From: an uncultured delta proteobacterium
Lineage (GTDB): Bacteria > Desulfobacterota > Desulfomonilia > Desulfomonilales > Desulfomonilaceae
Direction: 5' to 3'
Length of the DNA stretch: 64,000 bases
Assembly (NCBI GenBank): GCA_963789265.1
Contig: CAWBKB010000001.1
Coordinates: 1,152,001-1,216,000 of the forward strand
Below the pieces are notes generated by a model. The model worked only from the letters and a program-made list of their open reading frames with translations. It had not been told where the DNA came from and made no database searches. A program made the position numbers and the translations under genes. Positions 21,822-31,856 of this stretch are shown in pieces (positions within the stretch are counted from its first letter, which is position 1; every line of letters starts with the position of its first letter).

Positions 21822-22859
21822 TCAGGGAAACGTGGGAAGCGCGGTTAGTCCGGCTGTCTCGTCAAGCCCCATCATGAGGTTCATGTTCTGAACCGCCGCA
21901 CCGGATGCTCCCTTGACCAGATTGTCCAACGCGGCCATCGCGACAACCCACCCGGTTCGTTCATCGAGTTCCACTGACAGGTGGCATTGGTTCGAGCCCC
22001 GAACAAGCGCGGTGTCTGGAAAGATTCCTTTGGGGAGAACCCTTATGAAAGGCTCCGACCGGTAGTAATCCCGATATGCTTCGCGAATGGCATCACCGGA
22101 AATGGGTGCCCTTAGAGGCACGTAGATGGTGCTCACCATGCCTCGTGCAACGGGAATCAGGTGCGGGGTGAACCTCACCTTTATCGGTCTACCCGCTAAT
22201 TTAGATAGCTCCTGTTCCATTTCGGGGATATGCCGGTGTCCGATGACACCGTAGGGTTTGAAGCCTTCGCCGACCTCGCAGAAGCTGGTGCCGAGCTTGG
22301 CTGCACGGCCCGCGCCGGAAATCCCGGACTTGGAGTCCACCACAGGGCAACTGGTATCGACTTCACTGAGCCCGATGAGCGGTGCGACTCCTAAAATCGC
22401 GGTTGTTGGATAGCATCCCGGGTTAGCAATAAGGGCAGCTTCTCGTATGATATCCCGGTGAATTTCGGGGAGACCGTATACTGCTTTGTCAAGAAGCGCG
22501 GCCGCTTTGTGAGGACCGTACCACTTTTCGTAAGTTTCCAAGTTATTGAGGCGAACGTCAGCCGACAGGTCTACCACCTTGAGGCCCGCATCCAGGAGCG
22601 GCTGGATGAGGCCCGCTGACTCGCCATGCGGAAGAGCAAGAAATGCGACATCGGCCTGAGCATTGCTTTTTAGCTCATCAAGGGGGCTCAGAGGAAAATC
22701 CAGTTCCGCCGTGACAAAAGGAAGAACTTCACCGGCCTTCTTTCCCGCCCAGTTGCGGGAGCTGCCTCCGACGATTGCAGCGTGAGGGTGCGATGCGAGT
22801 ATGCGAATAAGCTCCAACCCGGTGTATCCGGTGGCGCCGAAAACCAGTGCATGAATCAT
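21822..22859 (-). CDS. argC: N-acetyl-gamma-glutamyl-phosphate reductase
   Basis: GATGYTG, IANPGCYPT, SGISGAGR, DNLVKGASG. Confidence 0.97.
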   Translation of the reverse strand: MIHALVFGATGYTGLELIRILASHPHAAIVGGSSRNWAGKKAGEVLPFVTAELDFPLSPLDELKSNAQADVAFLALPHGESAGLIQPLLDAGLKVVDLSADVRLNNLETYEKWYGPHKAAALLDKAVYGLPEIHRDIIREAALIANPGCYPTTAILGVAPLIGLSEVDTSCPVVDSKSGISGAGRAAKLGTSFCEVGEGFKPYGVIGHRHIPEMEQELSKLAGRPIKVRFTPHLIPVARGMVSTIYVPLRAPISGDAIREAYRDYYRSEPFIRVLPKGIFPDTALVRGSNQCHLSVELDERTGWVVAMAALDNLVKGASGAAVQNMNLMMGLDETAGLTALPTFP

Positions 22860-23076
22860 CTTGTTTATTCCTGTCGAGCAACGGAATCGCAGTCGGAAGC
22901 CGTTGCAGATCCTTGCGGAAGTGTTGTATCGTGCGACTTTCCCGGAGAAGTCGGCCGATGGCTAATTACTCCTTTTCGCAAATACGGTTTCGTATTCTGG
23001 TACCATAGCCGTCATTCCCGCGCACACGGTCCCGCGAGACGCGGGATGCCGGTTGTTCGCGAAAGGCCGGCAGGAA

Positions 23077-23385
23077 GAAACTGTCTCAAAACTTCGCATG
23101 GAGTTCAAATCGTGCCACAATCGAGGCTGCGATGTGTTTTGTTTCCCTCACCCCAACCCTCTCCCATAGGGAGAGGGAGCAGGTCCAGAGCAGTTTTACA
23201 CTTCCCTCGCCCTCTGAGAGAGGGACACAGGGTGAGGGATTTTCTCGTTTCTAGTCCCGCGTCTCGCGGGACTGCCTGGGAATGCCTGTCGAGAGGCTCT
23301 GCCTCGACTATGATAGTGAAATGAAGCCAGTTTGCGGGCAGAGCCCGCGAGATATAGGTTCCCAGGCAGAGCCTGGGAACCAGAA
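23077..23385 (+). repeat. composite repeat: IS1182-type end, CCCTCACCCCAACCCTCTCCC hairpins, and ~140-bp TTCCCAGGC/GCCTGGGAA repeat
   Basis: GAAACTGTCTCAAAA at 23077; 23241-23385 recurs at 25359-25487. Confidence 0.75.
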
Positions 23386-23622
23386 CCTTATTTCGAAGTG
23401 CGGTGTCCTGTTTCAGGCAGTGATGCCTGTGCTTTCACTCCTATCCGACGTCGTAACCTCGGACTCCGATCCGGAGGTAGGTTGGGCCATGCCCGACGCA
23501 ATACGGCGGCCGCAGGGCGCCCTACGCGATGCCGCGTACGCGGGAATGACGGCAATGGTACCGGAATAGGAGACCGAATTTAGGCATTAGAGAACTAGGT
23601 TGCACCATCACGGGCGCCAATT

Positions 23623-25101
23623 TCAGCGAATGTTGCCCACCCATCCGGAATCCAGGCGATAATTGGGGGCCTCCTTGGTTATCACCACGTCGTGAACATG
23701 AGATTCTTTGAGACCGGCAGGAGTAATCTTCATAAAATGGGCTTTCGCGCGAAGTTCGTCAAGATTGCGAGCCCCCAAGTACCCCATGCCCGCCTTGAGA
23801 CCGCCCACAAGCTGATTGACGGAATGCTCCACAGGCCCTTTTGCCGGAACCATTCCCACTATTCCTTCCGGAACCAATTTGTTTTCCGGCACTCCTTCGT
23901 GCTGGCCATACCGGTCACGGGATCCTTCTCTCATGGCCTCCAGAGATCCCATCCCTCGGTAAGACTTGTAAGAGCGCCCCTGGTAGAGCACCATCTCACC
24001 GGGACTTTCATCTGTTCCTGCAAACAGCCCTCCGATCATGACGGTATGCGCACCCGCTGCGAGGGCTTTGGTGATATCGCCCGAGAATTTGATGCCACCA
24101 TCGGCTATAATTGGAACTCCAAATTCCGAGGCCTTCTTCGCGCACTCCATAATCGCGCTTATCTGAGGCACGCCGACCCCTGCGACGATGCGAGTAGTGC
24201 AAATCGAGCCTGGGCCGACTCCTATCTTTATCCCATCTGCGCCGGCTTTCACGAGATCTTCCACCGCGTCAGCCGTGGCCACGTTGCCGCCAATCACCTG
24301 GACATCGCCGAAATTGCGTTTGATGTCACTGATTGCATCCACGACATTCTTTGAGTGACCGTGTGCGGTATCGACGACGATCACATCGACTCCCCGACGG
24401 ATAAGCGTGGACACTCGTTCTTCTCGGTCAGGGCCTACCCCCACTCCAGCTCCTACGCGCAGGCGGCCGAGCGGGTCCTTTGCCGAATCGGGGAATGTAA
24501 TTGCTTTTTGTATGTCCTTAATGGTGATGAGCCCCTTAAGGCGGTTGTCTTTGTCGACGACCAGCAGTTTTTCGATGCGGTGCTTGTGCAGCAAGGCTTT
24601 GGATTCTTCAATACCGATCTTGTCGTCTACCGTAACCAGGTTCTCACGGGTCATGACCTCCGCAACCTTGAGATCCATGTTTTCCACGAAGCGGAGATCC
24701 CGATTTGTCAGGATGCCTGACAAATAGCCGTTTACGGTAACCGGAACACCTGAAATATGGTACTTCTTCATTATTTGGAGCGCATCCGCTATTTTCTGAT
24801 CGGGATTGATAGTAATGGGATCCACGATCATCCCGGATTCCGACCGCTTCACGCGATCTACTTCTCTAGCCTGATCTTTGATAGCGAGGTTCCGATGGAT
24901 AATCCCGATTCCGCCCTGCCGAGCCAAACTGATAGCCATTTCGGATTCTGTCACTGTGTCCATGGCAGCGCTGATCAGGGGGATGGTGAGGACAATTTCC
25001 CTGGTCAGTCGCGTCAAGACATCGACCTCGGAAGGCAGTATTTCTGAATAACAAGGCATTAGGATTACATCGTCAAAGGTGAGAGACTCGCTAATTACCA
25101 T
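23623..25101 (-). CDS. guaB: IMP dehydrogenase
   Basis: [18 protein letters not shown] pair, [15 protein letters not shown]. Confidence 0.98.
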   Translation of the reverse strand: MVISESLTFDDVILMPCYSEILPSEVDVLTRLTREIVLTIPLISAAMDTVTESEMAISLARQGGIGIIHRNLAIKDQAREVDRVKRSESGMIVDPITINPDQKIADALQIMKKYHISGVPVTVNGYLSGILTNRDLRFVENMDLKVAEVMTRENLVTVDDKIGIEESKALLHKHRIEKLLVVDKDNRLKGLITIKDIQKAITFPDSAKDPLGRLRVGAGVGVGPDREERVSTLIRRGVDVIVVDTAHGHSKNVVDAISDIKRNFGDVQVIGGNVATADAVEDLVKAGADGIKIGVGPGSICTTRIVAGVGVPQISAIMECAKKASEFGVPIIADGGIKFSGDITKALAAGAHTVMIGGLFAGTDESPGEMVLYQGRSYKSYRGMGSLEAMREGSRDRYGQHEGVPENKLVPEGIVGMVPAKGPVEHSVNQLVGGLKAGMGYLGARNLDELRAKAHFMKITPAGLKESHVHDVVITKEAPNYRLDSGWVGNIR

Positions 25102-25206
25102 CCAATTTTCTCCCTCCTAACGTGTGGAATGAATTTCCTTCTCTCGAAGTAAGCGCTCAACATAGTCGCGACTTTCTTCAGGATCAACCGAAACTTTTAG
25201 AGCAAT

Positions 25207-25340
25207 GTCAGCATACAGTCACAGCCGAAATTTGCGGGTGGCTTCGTGGGGTGGGCTTTCTAGCCCGCCATTGAACAGGGGTTTCCCCAGGCAGGCAGTC
25301 CCGCGCCTCGCGGGACTGCCTCACAAGACTGAATGGTTAC
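25207..25340 (-). mobile_element. IS66-type MITE
   Basis: Inverted copy of 39836-39957; flanks AGAGCAAT / AGAGCATT (7/8). Confidence 0.8.
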
Positions 25341-25515
25341 AGAGCATTGTAAGCATCTTTTCTCGTTCTCAAGCTCTGCTTGGGAATGCCTGTCGCGAGG
25401 CTCTGCCTCGACTATGATGGTGAAATAAACCAGTTAACGGGCGGAGCCCGCGAGATTTGGATTCCCAGCGGAGCCTGGGAACCAGAAAAACTAAACGAGG
25501 TTCGGCTCCCGGTAC

Positions 25516-26427
25516 TTAACGTACCGCAGGCGGGCTCGCCTCGATTGCCCGGGTTTGCTCCAATGCCTTGGTTATTGATCCCGCAACGGAGCTTGTGAAC
25601 AGGCCAAATAAACTTTCCCACTTCTTCTTCGGGTAAACTATTACGGGTTCTGTTTTGATGCCGCCCAGCTTCGCTGCAATCTTTACCGCATCGTAAAAGT
25701 TGCCTATGGTATCCACCAATCCCAACTCTTTGGCCCTCTCGCCCGTAAAGAACCTTCCGTCCGCAATCTCGTGCAGTTTGACTTTGTCTATCTTGCCCTT
25801 GCGACCCGCTGCCACATCGGAAATGAACTGCTCGTGAACTTCAGCCGCGAAATTTTGCAGAATGTTCCTCTCATCGTCGGTCAACGGTCTTACGCCGGTC
25901 CCGAGATCCTTATACTTGCCGGCTTTGATAATGTTCACGTCCACGCCGATCTTTTCGATGACTTTGTGTATTTCGGGCAGCATCATGATGACCCCGATGC
26001 TCCCTGTGATGGTTCCCCGGGAACAGACAATGTTGTTTGTACTGCTTGCTATATAGTAAGCGGCCGACGCTCCCACGGTTTCCATGGAAGCGACAACGGG
26101 CTTTTTCTTCTTAATCTTAACAATTTCTCGATAGATCTCCTGGGCAGGCGCAACCGTACCGCCGGGGGAGTTTATGCGGATCAGAATCGCCTTAATGGAA
26201 GAATTCTTTGAAAATTTGCGCAATTGTTTGAGGGTCTCGTCCGAGGACATGATCGTTCCCCCGATATTTATCACCCCAATCTCATTTCCGACCGCAAATA
26301 CTCGTTCCAATGCGGTACCTTCTATACCTTCATTGGAAACCAGCGAAACTGCCACGAGCACCGCCACAAATCCAGCCACCAGAAAAAGAATAACAAGGAT
26401 GGCTAAGCCGGTCCTCGATTTCTTCAT
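25516..26427 (-). CDS. sppA: signal peptide peptidase SppA (36K type)
   Basis: RINSPGG, ASAAYYIA, TGSIGV, AGKYKD. Confidence 0.93.
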   Translation of the reverse strand: MKKSRTGLAILVILFLVAGFVAVLVAVSLVSNEGIEGTALERVFAVGNEIGVINIGGTIMSSDETLKQLRKFSKNSSIKAILIRINSPGGTVAPAQEIYREIVKIKKKKPVVASMETVGASAAYYIASSTNNIVCSRGTITGSIGVIMMLPEIHKVIEKIGVDVNIIKAGKYKDLGTGVRPLTDDERNILQNFAAEVHEQFISDVAAGRKGKIDKVKLHEIADGRFFTGERAKELGLVDTIGNFYDAVKIAAKLGGIKTEPVIVYPKKKWESLFGLFTSSVAGSITKALEQTRAIEASPPAVR

Positions 26428-26784
26428 GGTATGTCTCCCCTCTGACCAGACTTCATCAATTTAGCCCAAATATCAAGAAGTTGGCCGATGAATTCCTCAA
26501 AGAATATTAAACGTTAGCAGAATTTTTGGTCCCCCGCAAGCGGTGTGCTTGGGGTGAAATCCCGCGCCTGGCACCTGGGTGCGGCGTGCCCCTGCACGGC
26601 ACTCGACGTACCCGTGCAAGCTCTTAGTAGGATGCGGTGAATTCCGCGGACGCAGAGGAACCGCATCGCTCGCGGTATGACTCGGATGATGCGGTTCCTC
26701 CGCTTTGCCCAGGGTCACCCCATCGCTACGTTACCTTGATCCTTTCCCCCAAAATCATTGACAAAAAAGGCGGAAGACGAACCA

Positions 26785-26892
26785 TTGCCGCGGGTGCAAG
26801 TCATGTTTTATCAGGAAGCGGACGGAACAGTTCCGGTGATGGCCTGGTTGGAGAATCTCCGGCCACAACCAAAGCACCGAGCTAGGTTGTAG
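26785..26892 (+). pseudogene. truncated Gp49-like RelE/HigB toxin fragment
   Basis: Hand translation MPRVQVMFYQEADGTVPVMAWLENLRPQPKHRARL*; TTGACA at 26758; the stop falls in a GTAG REP. Confidence 0.65.
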
Positions 26893-27345
26893 GTCGGCCC
26901 GTGGCCGACGTGGCTCACGCAACCACGGCGGCCACGGGCCGCCCTACCACAGGCGAAAGAGTTTCTGGTAGCTTGTAGGATGCGGTGAATTCCGCATCTT
27001 GCGGGATGAACCGCATCGCTCGGGCCGGTGGGACAGGCATCTTGCCTGTCGTCATGCCCGCGTAAGTGGGCACCGGTAGGACCGGCCTCCGTGCCGGTCA
27101 TTCATTTGCCACCGGCGGGGTTGCGGGACAGGCGTCCCGCCTGTCGACGGGCAAGATGCCCGTCCCACTGCGCTACTACCCGGATCGGAGTCCGGGGTGA
27201 CGAATGGCAGGCAGGATGCCTGCCCCACTATTCTTTATACAGCCATATTCCGCGAATGGTGCGGTGCCTCCGCATTCCCGGGGATCATCACAACATCCTG
27301 CTTGTGGCATACGTCTCCGCGGTAAACGATTGCCTTTTCCTTTAA

Positions 27346-28125
27346 CTACTCCATCGGCATTTCGACAATCCCCAAGCTTCCCTTCAGCCCTTCCGTTTCC
27401 TCGTGTCCGGTCAGTTTCAAGAATGCCTTTTCCAGGTTGCCCTTTGTCCTGGCAATAGTATTCTTTATGTTGGCAGGAGTATCGGAAGCTATGATCTTCC
27501 CCTTGTGAATGATCGTGATCATAGTGCATATCTCTTCAGCAACCCCAAGAGTGTGCGTGGACATAAATACGGCCATCCCATGACTGCGAGCCATCTGCAT
27601 AAACAGGTCCTTCACCAGCCGCACTCCGCGTGGGTCCAATCCCACCATGGGCTCGTCGATTATAAAGATCTTCGGTCGGTGAAGCAGTGCCGCGCTTATG
27701 ATGAGACGTTGCTTCATGCCGTGGGAGTAGCCCTCAATCAATTCATCTTTCCAGTCGGCCAGTTCGAACATCTCGAGGTACTGCATCCCGATCTTCTCCA
27801 GGTGGCCGTTATCCACTCCGTAGATTCCCGCGCTGAACTGAAGAAACTCCCAGCCGGTCAGCTTCTCATAAAGGTATGGCCTGTCGGGAACAAAGCCGGT
27901 GATGGCTTTCGCTTTTTCAGGCTCCTTTGCCAGGTCGTAGCCGCCCAGGATTATGGTCCCCGCGTCGGGCTTCATCAGGCCTGCCAGCATGCGGATCGTG
28001 GTGGTCTTGCCGGCGCCGTTCGGCCCTAGGAATCCCATCACTTCACAGGGTGGCACATGAAGCCCTATTTGGTCTACGGCAAGTGTCTTGCCAAACCTCT
28101 TTGTCAGGTTTTCGATATGAATCAT
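27346..28125 (-). CDS. ABC transporter ATP-binding protein
   Basis: GPNGAGKTT, YSHGMKQR, IIDEP. Confidence 0.92.
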   Translation of the reverse strand: MIHIENLTKRFGKTLAVDQIGLHVPPCEVMGFLGPNGAGKTTTIRMLAGLMKPDAGTIILGGYDLAKEPEKAKAITGFVPDRPYLYEKLTGWEFLQFSAGIYGVDNGHLEKIGMQYLEMFELADWKDELIEGYSHGMKQRLIISAALLHRPKIFIIDEPMVGLDPRGVRLVKDLFMQMARSHGMAVFMSTHTLGVAEEICTMITIIHKGKIIASDTPANIKNTIARTKGNLEKAFLKLTGHEETEGLKGSLGIVEMPME

Positions 28126-28130
28126 CTTAT

Positions 28131-28354
28131 GTAACCATTCAGCGGGCCTCAAGATTCATCGCAGAGTCCGCAGAGAACGCAGAGATAAAAAGCTTATTCA
28201 ATGCCGAGTCGGTCATCGCGCGTACAGTCGGGCAGTCATTGCCTTTCCCGCGTCGCGAGATCACGTATCGCAATCTGCCTTGCCCTAAGTGCACAGACGT
28301 TCTGAACAAACACTATTCTCTGCGGTCTCCGCGTTCTCCGCGGTGAACCATGTC
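28131..28354. mobile_element. probable degenerate IS66-type MITE
   Basis: Left end GTAACCATTCAG, degenerate right end GTGAACCATGTC, flanks CATCTTAT / CATGTTAT. Confidence 0.5.
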
Positions 28355-28392
28355 CATGTTATTTCAAATCATCTCGTAACGCATCTGTTCCA

Positions 28393-29883
28393 CTATTTTA
28401 TCTCCAAAACCTTCAGTCGCAGTCGCCCAAGGAAAGATACGACGTTCACGTGTTTATCCACATCGCCATAAAGGAGAGTCACGTACGAAGGGGTCACGGG
28501 TAGCTTGTTCCTAAGCGGATCTCCCGTGAACCATCTCTTTCCTGCCCAGTATGCAGCCCATGCATGATAGTAAAAACCACCATCGGCATAAATCAATCCA
28601 ACTGCCATTTTAGCCGGAAGCCCAATCGCTCTCGCAAGCGACACCGCCAGAATAGCATGCTCCTGGCAAGCCCCTTGCTTTGTCTGCAACACTGTGTACG
28701 CATCCGGAACCGAAGCAGTCGGGACCTTTTTCAAATACTTGAACACCCACTGGTTGATGAGCTCTGCCGCCTTGATCGGATTATTTTCGCCGCCCACAAT
28801 TTTCCGAGCCGTTTGAATTATCTCCGGGTTGTCGCTCCTAAGAAAACGAGAAGTGGCCAGAAAGGGCTCCATTGCTGGATCTTTGCAGGGCAGGGTATAT
28901 GTGGCCTTCGGGAGAGTTTCCCTCGTGATCACGATATCGGAGCCTTTCCATGATTGCCGGAAATCATCGCTTGGAACCGCCCAGTCCTTGCTGCCCTGCA
29001 TACGCAACCGAACCAGCTTGAGATCGTCTCTGTCGGGAATGGAGCCTTCAAGAGGGACCGCAGCCAAAGAGATCATGTCAGGGAGTTCGCGAGTCGCATG
29101 CATCTCCCGCATGATATCGGCCTTGTCCGAGCGTGTGACCGTGATCCCCAGCGGCATGCGCCCTTTCAGCAGACGACCCTGGTCATCTATCCACGAAGTG
29201 AGTTCCAAGTTGCGCAAAGAGGCGTGTACTTGCCAGGCTTGCACTTTCTTTCCCGCCACTTCCAGGTCCGCTTTTTCCAAAACTTTAATGGTCGCGTTCC
29301 ATTTGTGCCCATCCAAAGGATCGAAGATCGGGAGTCGAATCTCCTCGCCGACATGTAAGCCTGTGAGCGGAACCGGCAATCCCAACGACCTTGATATTCG
29401 GGGCCTTTCGTAAAGTTTCAGCCGCTTGACCCCTCCACCCTTGGAGGCCGGCATTTCAAGGATCAGATCTCTGCCCTCCATGTGGCCCTTCTGCTCGAAT
29501 GAAATGATGCCGGACGACACTTTCAAATGAAAGGATATCAGCCGGAAGTTTGTGTCCAGGGTGGAGTGGGTGAAGATTCGAACCGGCTTTATCTGACCTT
29601 GAAGGTTCAAGGAGATGTTCAATTCGTCTCGCAGCGTCCATTGGTCGCGATTTCGGAATTGCCTGGAACGACCAAAGCCTGCGTAGGAGCCTCCGATTCG
29701 AATGAGAAACCAGTCATCTGTTTCAGCCCGCGAAATCTGGAAGTTCTCTGTGATTTCCGAGCTTCCACCGGGAAGGTAGCGGTCCGCGAGGAGCATGCCC
29801 AAGAGTACAAGCCAGACGCCCACAATTGCGGCCGTCAACAAAGGACTAAAACGAGATCCTGAATGTCGTGACAAACCGAACAT
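28393..29883 (-). CDS. transglutaminase-like domain protein
   Basis: N-terminal membrane anchor; GACQEHA, YHAW and DP catalytic-triad pattern. Confidence 0.85.
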   Translation of the reverse strand: MFGLSRHSGSRFSPLLTAAIVGVWLVLLGMLLADRYLPGGSSEITENFQISRAETDDWFLIRIGGSYAGFGRSRQFRNRDQWTLRDELNISLNLQGQIKPVRIFTHSTLDTNFRLISFHLKVSSGIISFEQKGHMEGRDLILEMPASKGGGVKRLKLYERPRISRSLGLPVPLTGLHVGEEIRLPIFDPLDGHKWNATIKVLEKADLEVAGKKVQAWQVHASLRNLELTSWIDDQGRLLKGRMPLGITVTRSDKADIMREMHATRELPDMISLAAVPLEGSIPDRDDLKLVRLRMQGSKDWAVPSDDFRQSWKGSDIVITRETLPKATYTLPCKDPAMEPFLATSRFLRSDNPEIIQTARKIVGGENNPIKAAELINQWVFKYLKKVPTASVPDAYTVLQTKQGACQEHAILAVSLARAIGLPAKMAVGLIYADGGFYYHAWAAYWAGKRWFTGDPLRNKLPVTPSYVTLLYGDVDKHVNVVSFLGRLRLKVLEIK

Positions 29884-29978
29884 AAGCTATTGAACCAACT
29901 TGCTGTAAAAATATGCACGTGCGGCGGCTTGCGGAAGGCCCTTTATCAGGGCAACAATTGCCGTGCGCCGATTAGTTT

Positions 29979-30638
29979 TCACACGAAACGACCCTTGAGT
30001 GTTTTAAAGAGATCTTCGTTATTCTTCAAAACTTGTCCCGCTTTGGCTTCAGTCATGCCGGCACCCAACAAGATTCTCAAGGCAGATTCACGGGTTATGA
30101 GATCGTCGGGGTCATGGGCGTCAGTGTCAACTACCAGTCGAGCGCCCTGATCAAATGCGGTAGTCGCCACATGGCCGTTGGTAATACTATGGCCCGCTCT
30201 GGCAGTAATTTCCAGAAAGACACCCTTATCCGCGGCCAGCCGTGCCTCAGTGGGGCTGATAAATCCAGGATGGGCAAGTATGTCCGCGCCGGCCTCGATT
30301 CCGGCAAGATTTGTCCCTGATGCCACGGGTTCGACGGGAGATTCACCGTGCACCACAACGAATACTGCTCCGAGCCTTCTCGCTTGGCCAACCAGTTCCG
30401 CAATTTGGCCCGGGGGCGCGTGCGTGATTTCGATCCCGGGGATCACGAATGTCTCTTGAAATCGATTCAGATCGCCGGCAACCTTGACTATCCTTGGGAC
30501 AATCCAATCCAAGTTGGATCCGTCCGCATGGTCCGTCAGACCAATGGCTCGATAACCGATATTGCAGGCCCTGCGCACCAATTCGCTTGGAACAAGAGCT
30601 CCGTCGCTCAAAATGCTGTGAGTGTGAAAGTCAATCAC
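29979..30638 (-). CDS. PHP-domain (histidinol-phosphatase-like) protein
   Basis: DFHTHS..SDG, TDH, ILAHPG, DTDAH. Confidence 0.88.
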   Translation of the reverse strand: MIDFHTHSILSDGALVPSELVRRACNIGYRAIGLTDHADGSNLDWIVPRIVKVAGDLNRFQETFVIPGIEITHAPPGQIAELVGQARRLGAVFVVVHGESPVEPVASGTNLAGIEAGADILAHPGFISPTEARLAADKGVFLEITARAGHSITNGHVATTAFDQGARLVVDTDAHDPDDLITRESALRILLGAGMTEAKAGQVLKNNEDLFKTLKGRFV

Positions 30639-30785
30639 GTTCGCCTCCGTTGGTGCGATCTAATCTCACAAGCGGCTGATATTTCGCAATATTCTGTTAC
30701 GTCTTGTCGAGGCGTGACTTTGGTTGAGACCGATTCGCTTTCAAGCAAGTGATACCGAGTTTCCGGTAGGGGCGGGTTTCAAACC

Positions 30786-30959
30786 CAATGCTGTTGACTT
30801 AAGCCGCATGCCCCTTGTCCAGGAACTTTACCTTCGACGGGCCTTCACCTCGTCATTCCGGCGGAGGCCGGAATCCAGGTTTTCCTAATCTCCCCTGGAC
30901 CCCGGCCTTCGCCGGGGTGACGGTGGGGTAGACGGAGGTCCCTTAAGTCAACAGCATTG
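30786..30959. mobile_element. 174-bp IS4-type MITE
   Basis: Perfect 18-bp inverted repeat CAATGCTGTTGACTTAAG; perfect 11-bp duplication GGTTTCAAACC (30775-85 and 30960-70). Confidence 0.92.
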
Positions 30960-31856
30960 GGTTTCAAACCCGCCCTTACATGTCGGCGTGCTCGCGCACG
31001 CGGTAATCAAGACAAGGTGTGTGGGGCGGACTTTCCAGCCCGCCGTTTTCCGTCATTCCCGCGCTCGTGGTCCCGCGTTTTGCAGGGTAAATTGGACAAA
31101 ACTTTTGGCAACTACTATAACTATTCTATTGCGTCTTATCGAGGCATGATTTTGGTTGAGACACTACGTTGACTCGTGCCTCTACAGGATACATGGACGT
31201 GGCAAAAACTCCAAGCGCACATCAGCCTCTCTCGTACAGTCTTTGGTTTGGAGTGGCCGAAGCGTGTGGATGCGAGGAGCAACGCGACAGGTCCCGCGAA
31301 GCGCGGGACTGCCCCTGGCGGGAAAGGGCAAGGTGAGCGGGATTTTTGAGCAGATCCTCCGCTCTTATTTTAACACCTACTCCCGTTCGCGCGAATCGAG
31401 TAGGGCGGCCCGCGGCCGCCGCATTGCTTCGGGCATGGCCCAACCTACCTCCTGATGCTGATTCGCTTTCAAACGAGTGACACCGTGCTCTCAGTGGGAC
31501 AGGCATCTTGCCTGTCGTCATGCCCGCGTACGCGGGCATCCAGACTGGTCCTCGGATCGAAGTCCGGGGTGACGAATGGTCGGCAACATGCCCGGCCACG
31601 GAAACGAGGCTGGACGACGCCGTCAAAAATCTCTTTCAATAGCCTCAGTTTTATTCTAAGATCGGCTCCAATGGCGAAGTCTTGGTCTTGCCAATTCCGA
31701 AATGAAGCTGAGGTGAATCCAACCCTATCCCTGCCGGCATTGATCTTGCCGCAGGTTCGGGGCCACAGGTGTAAGTGAAGCTTGCCGCGATTGATCTGAT
31801 GAAACTCATACTGATGACTTGCATGGACGCATAGCGTTAAAGCGATTCGACAGGCG

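Noticed and set aside
22782..23583. ORF-track calls in repeat-rich spacers (also around 26500-27340, 31000-31800, 37720-38050 and 52076-52447)
   Set aside because: They are translations of REP/MITE mosaics with no protein-like features
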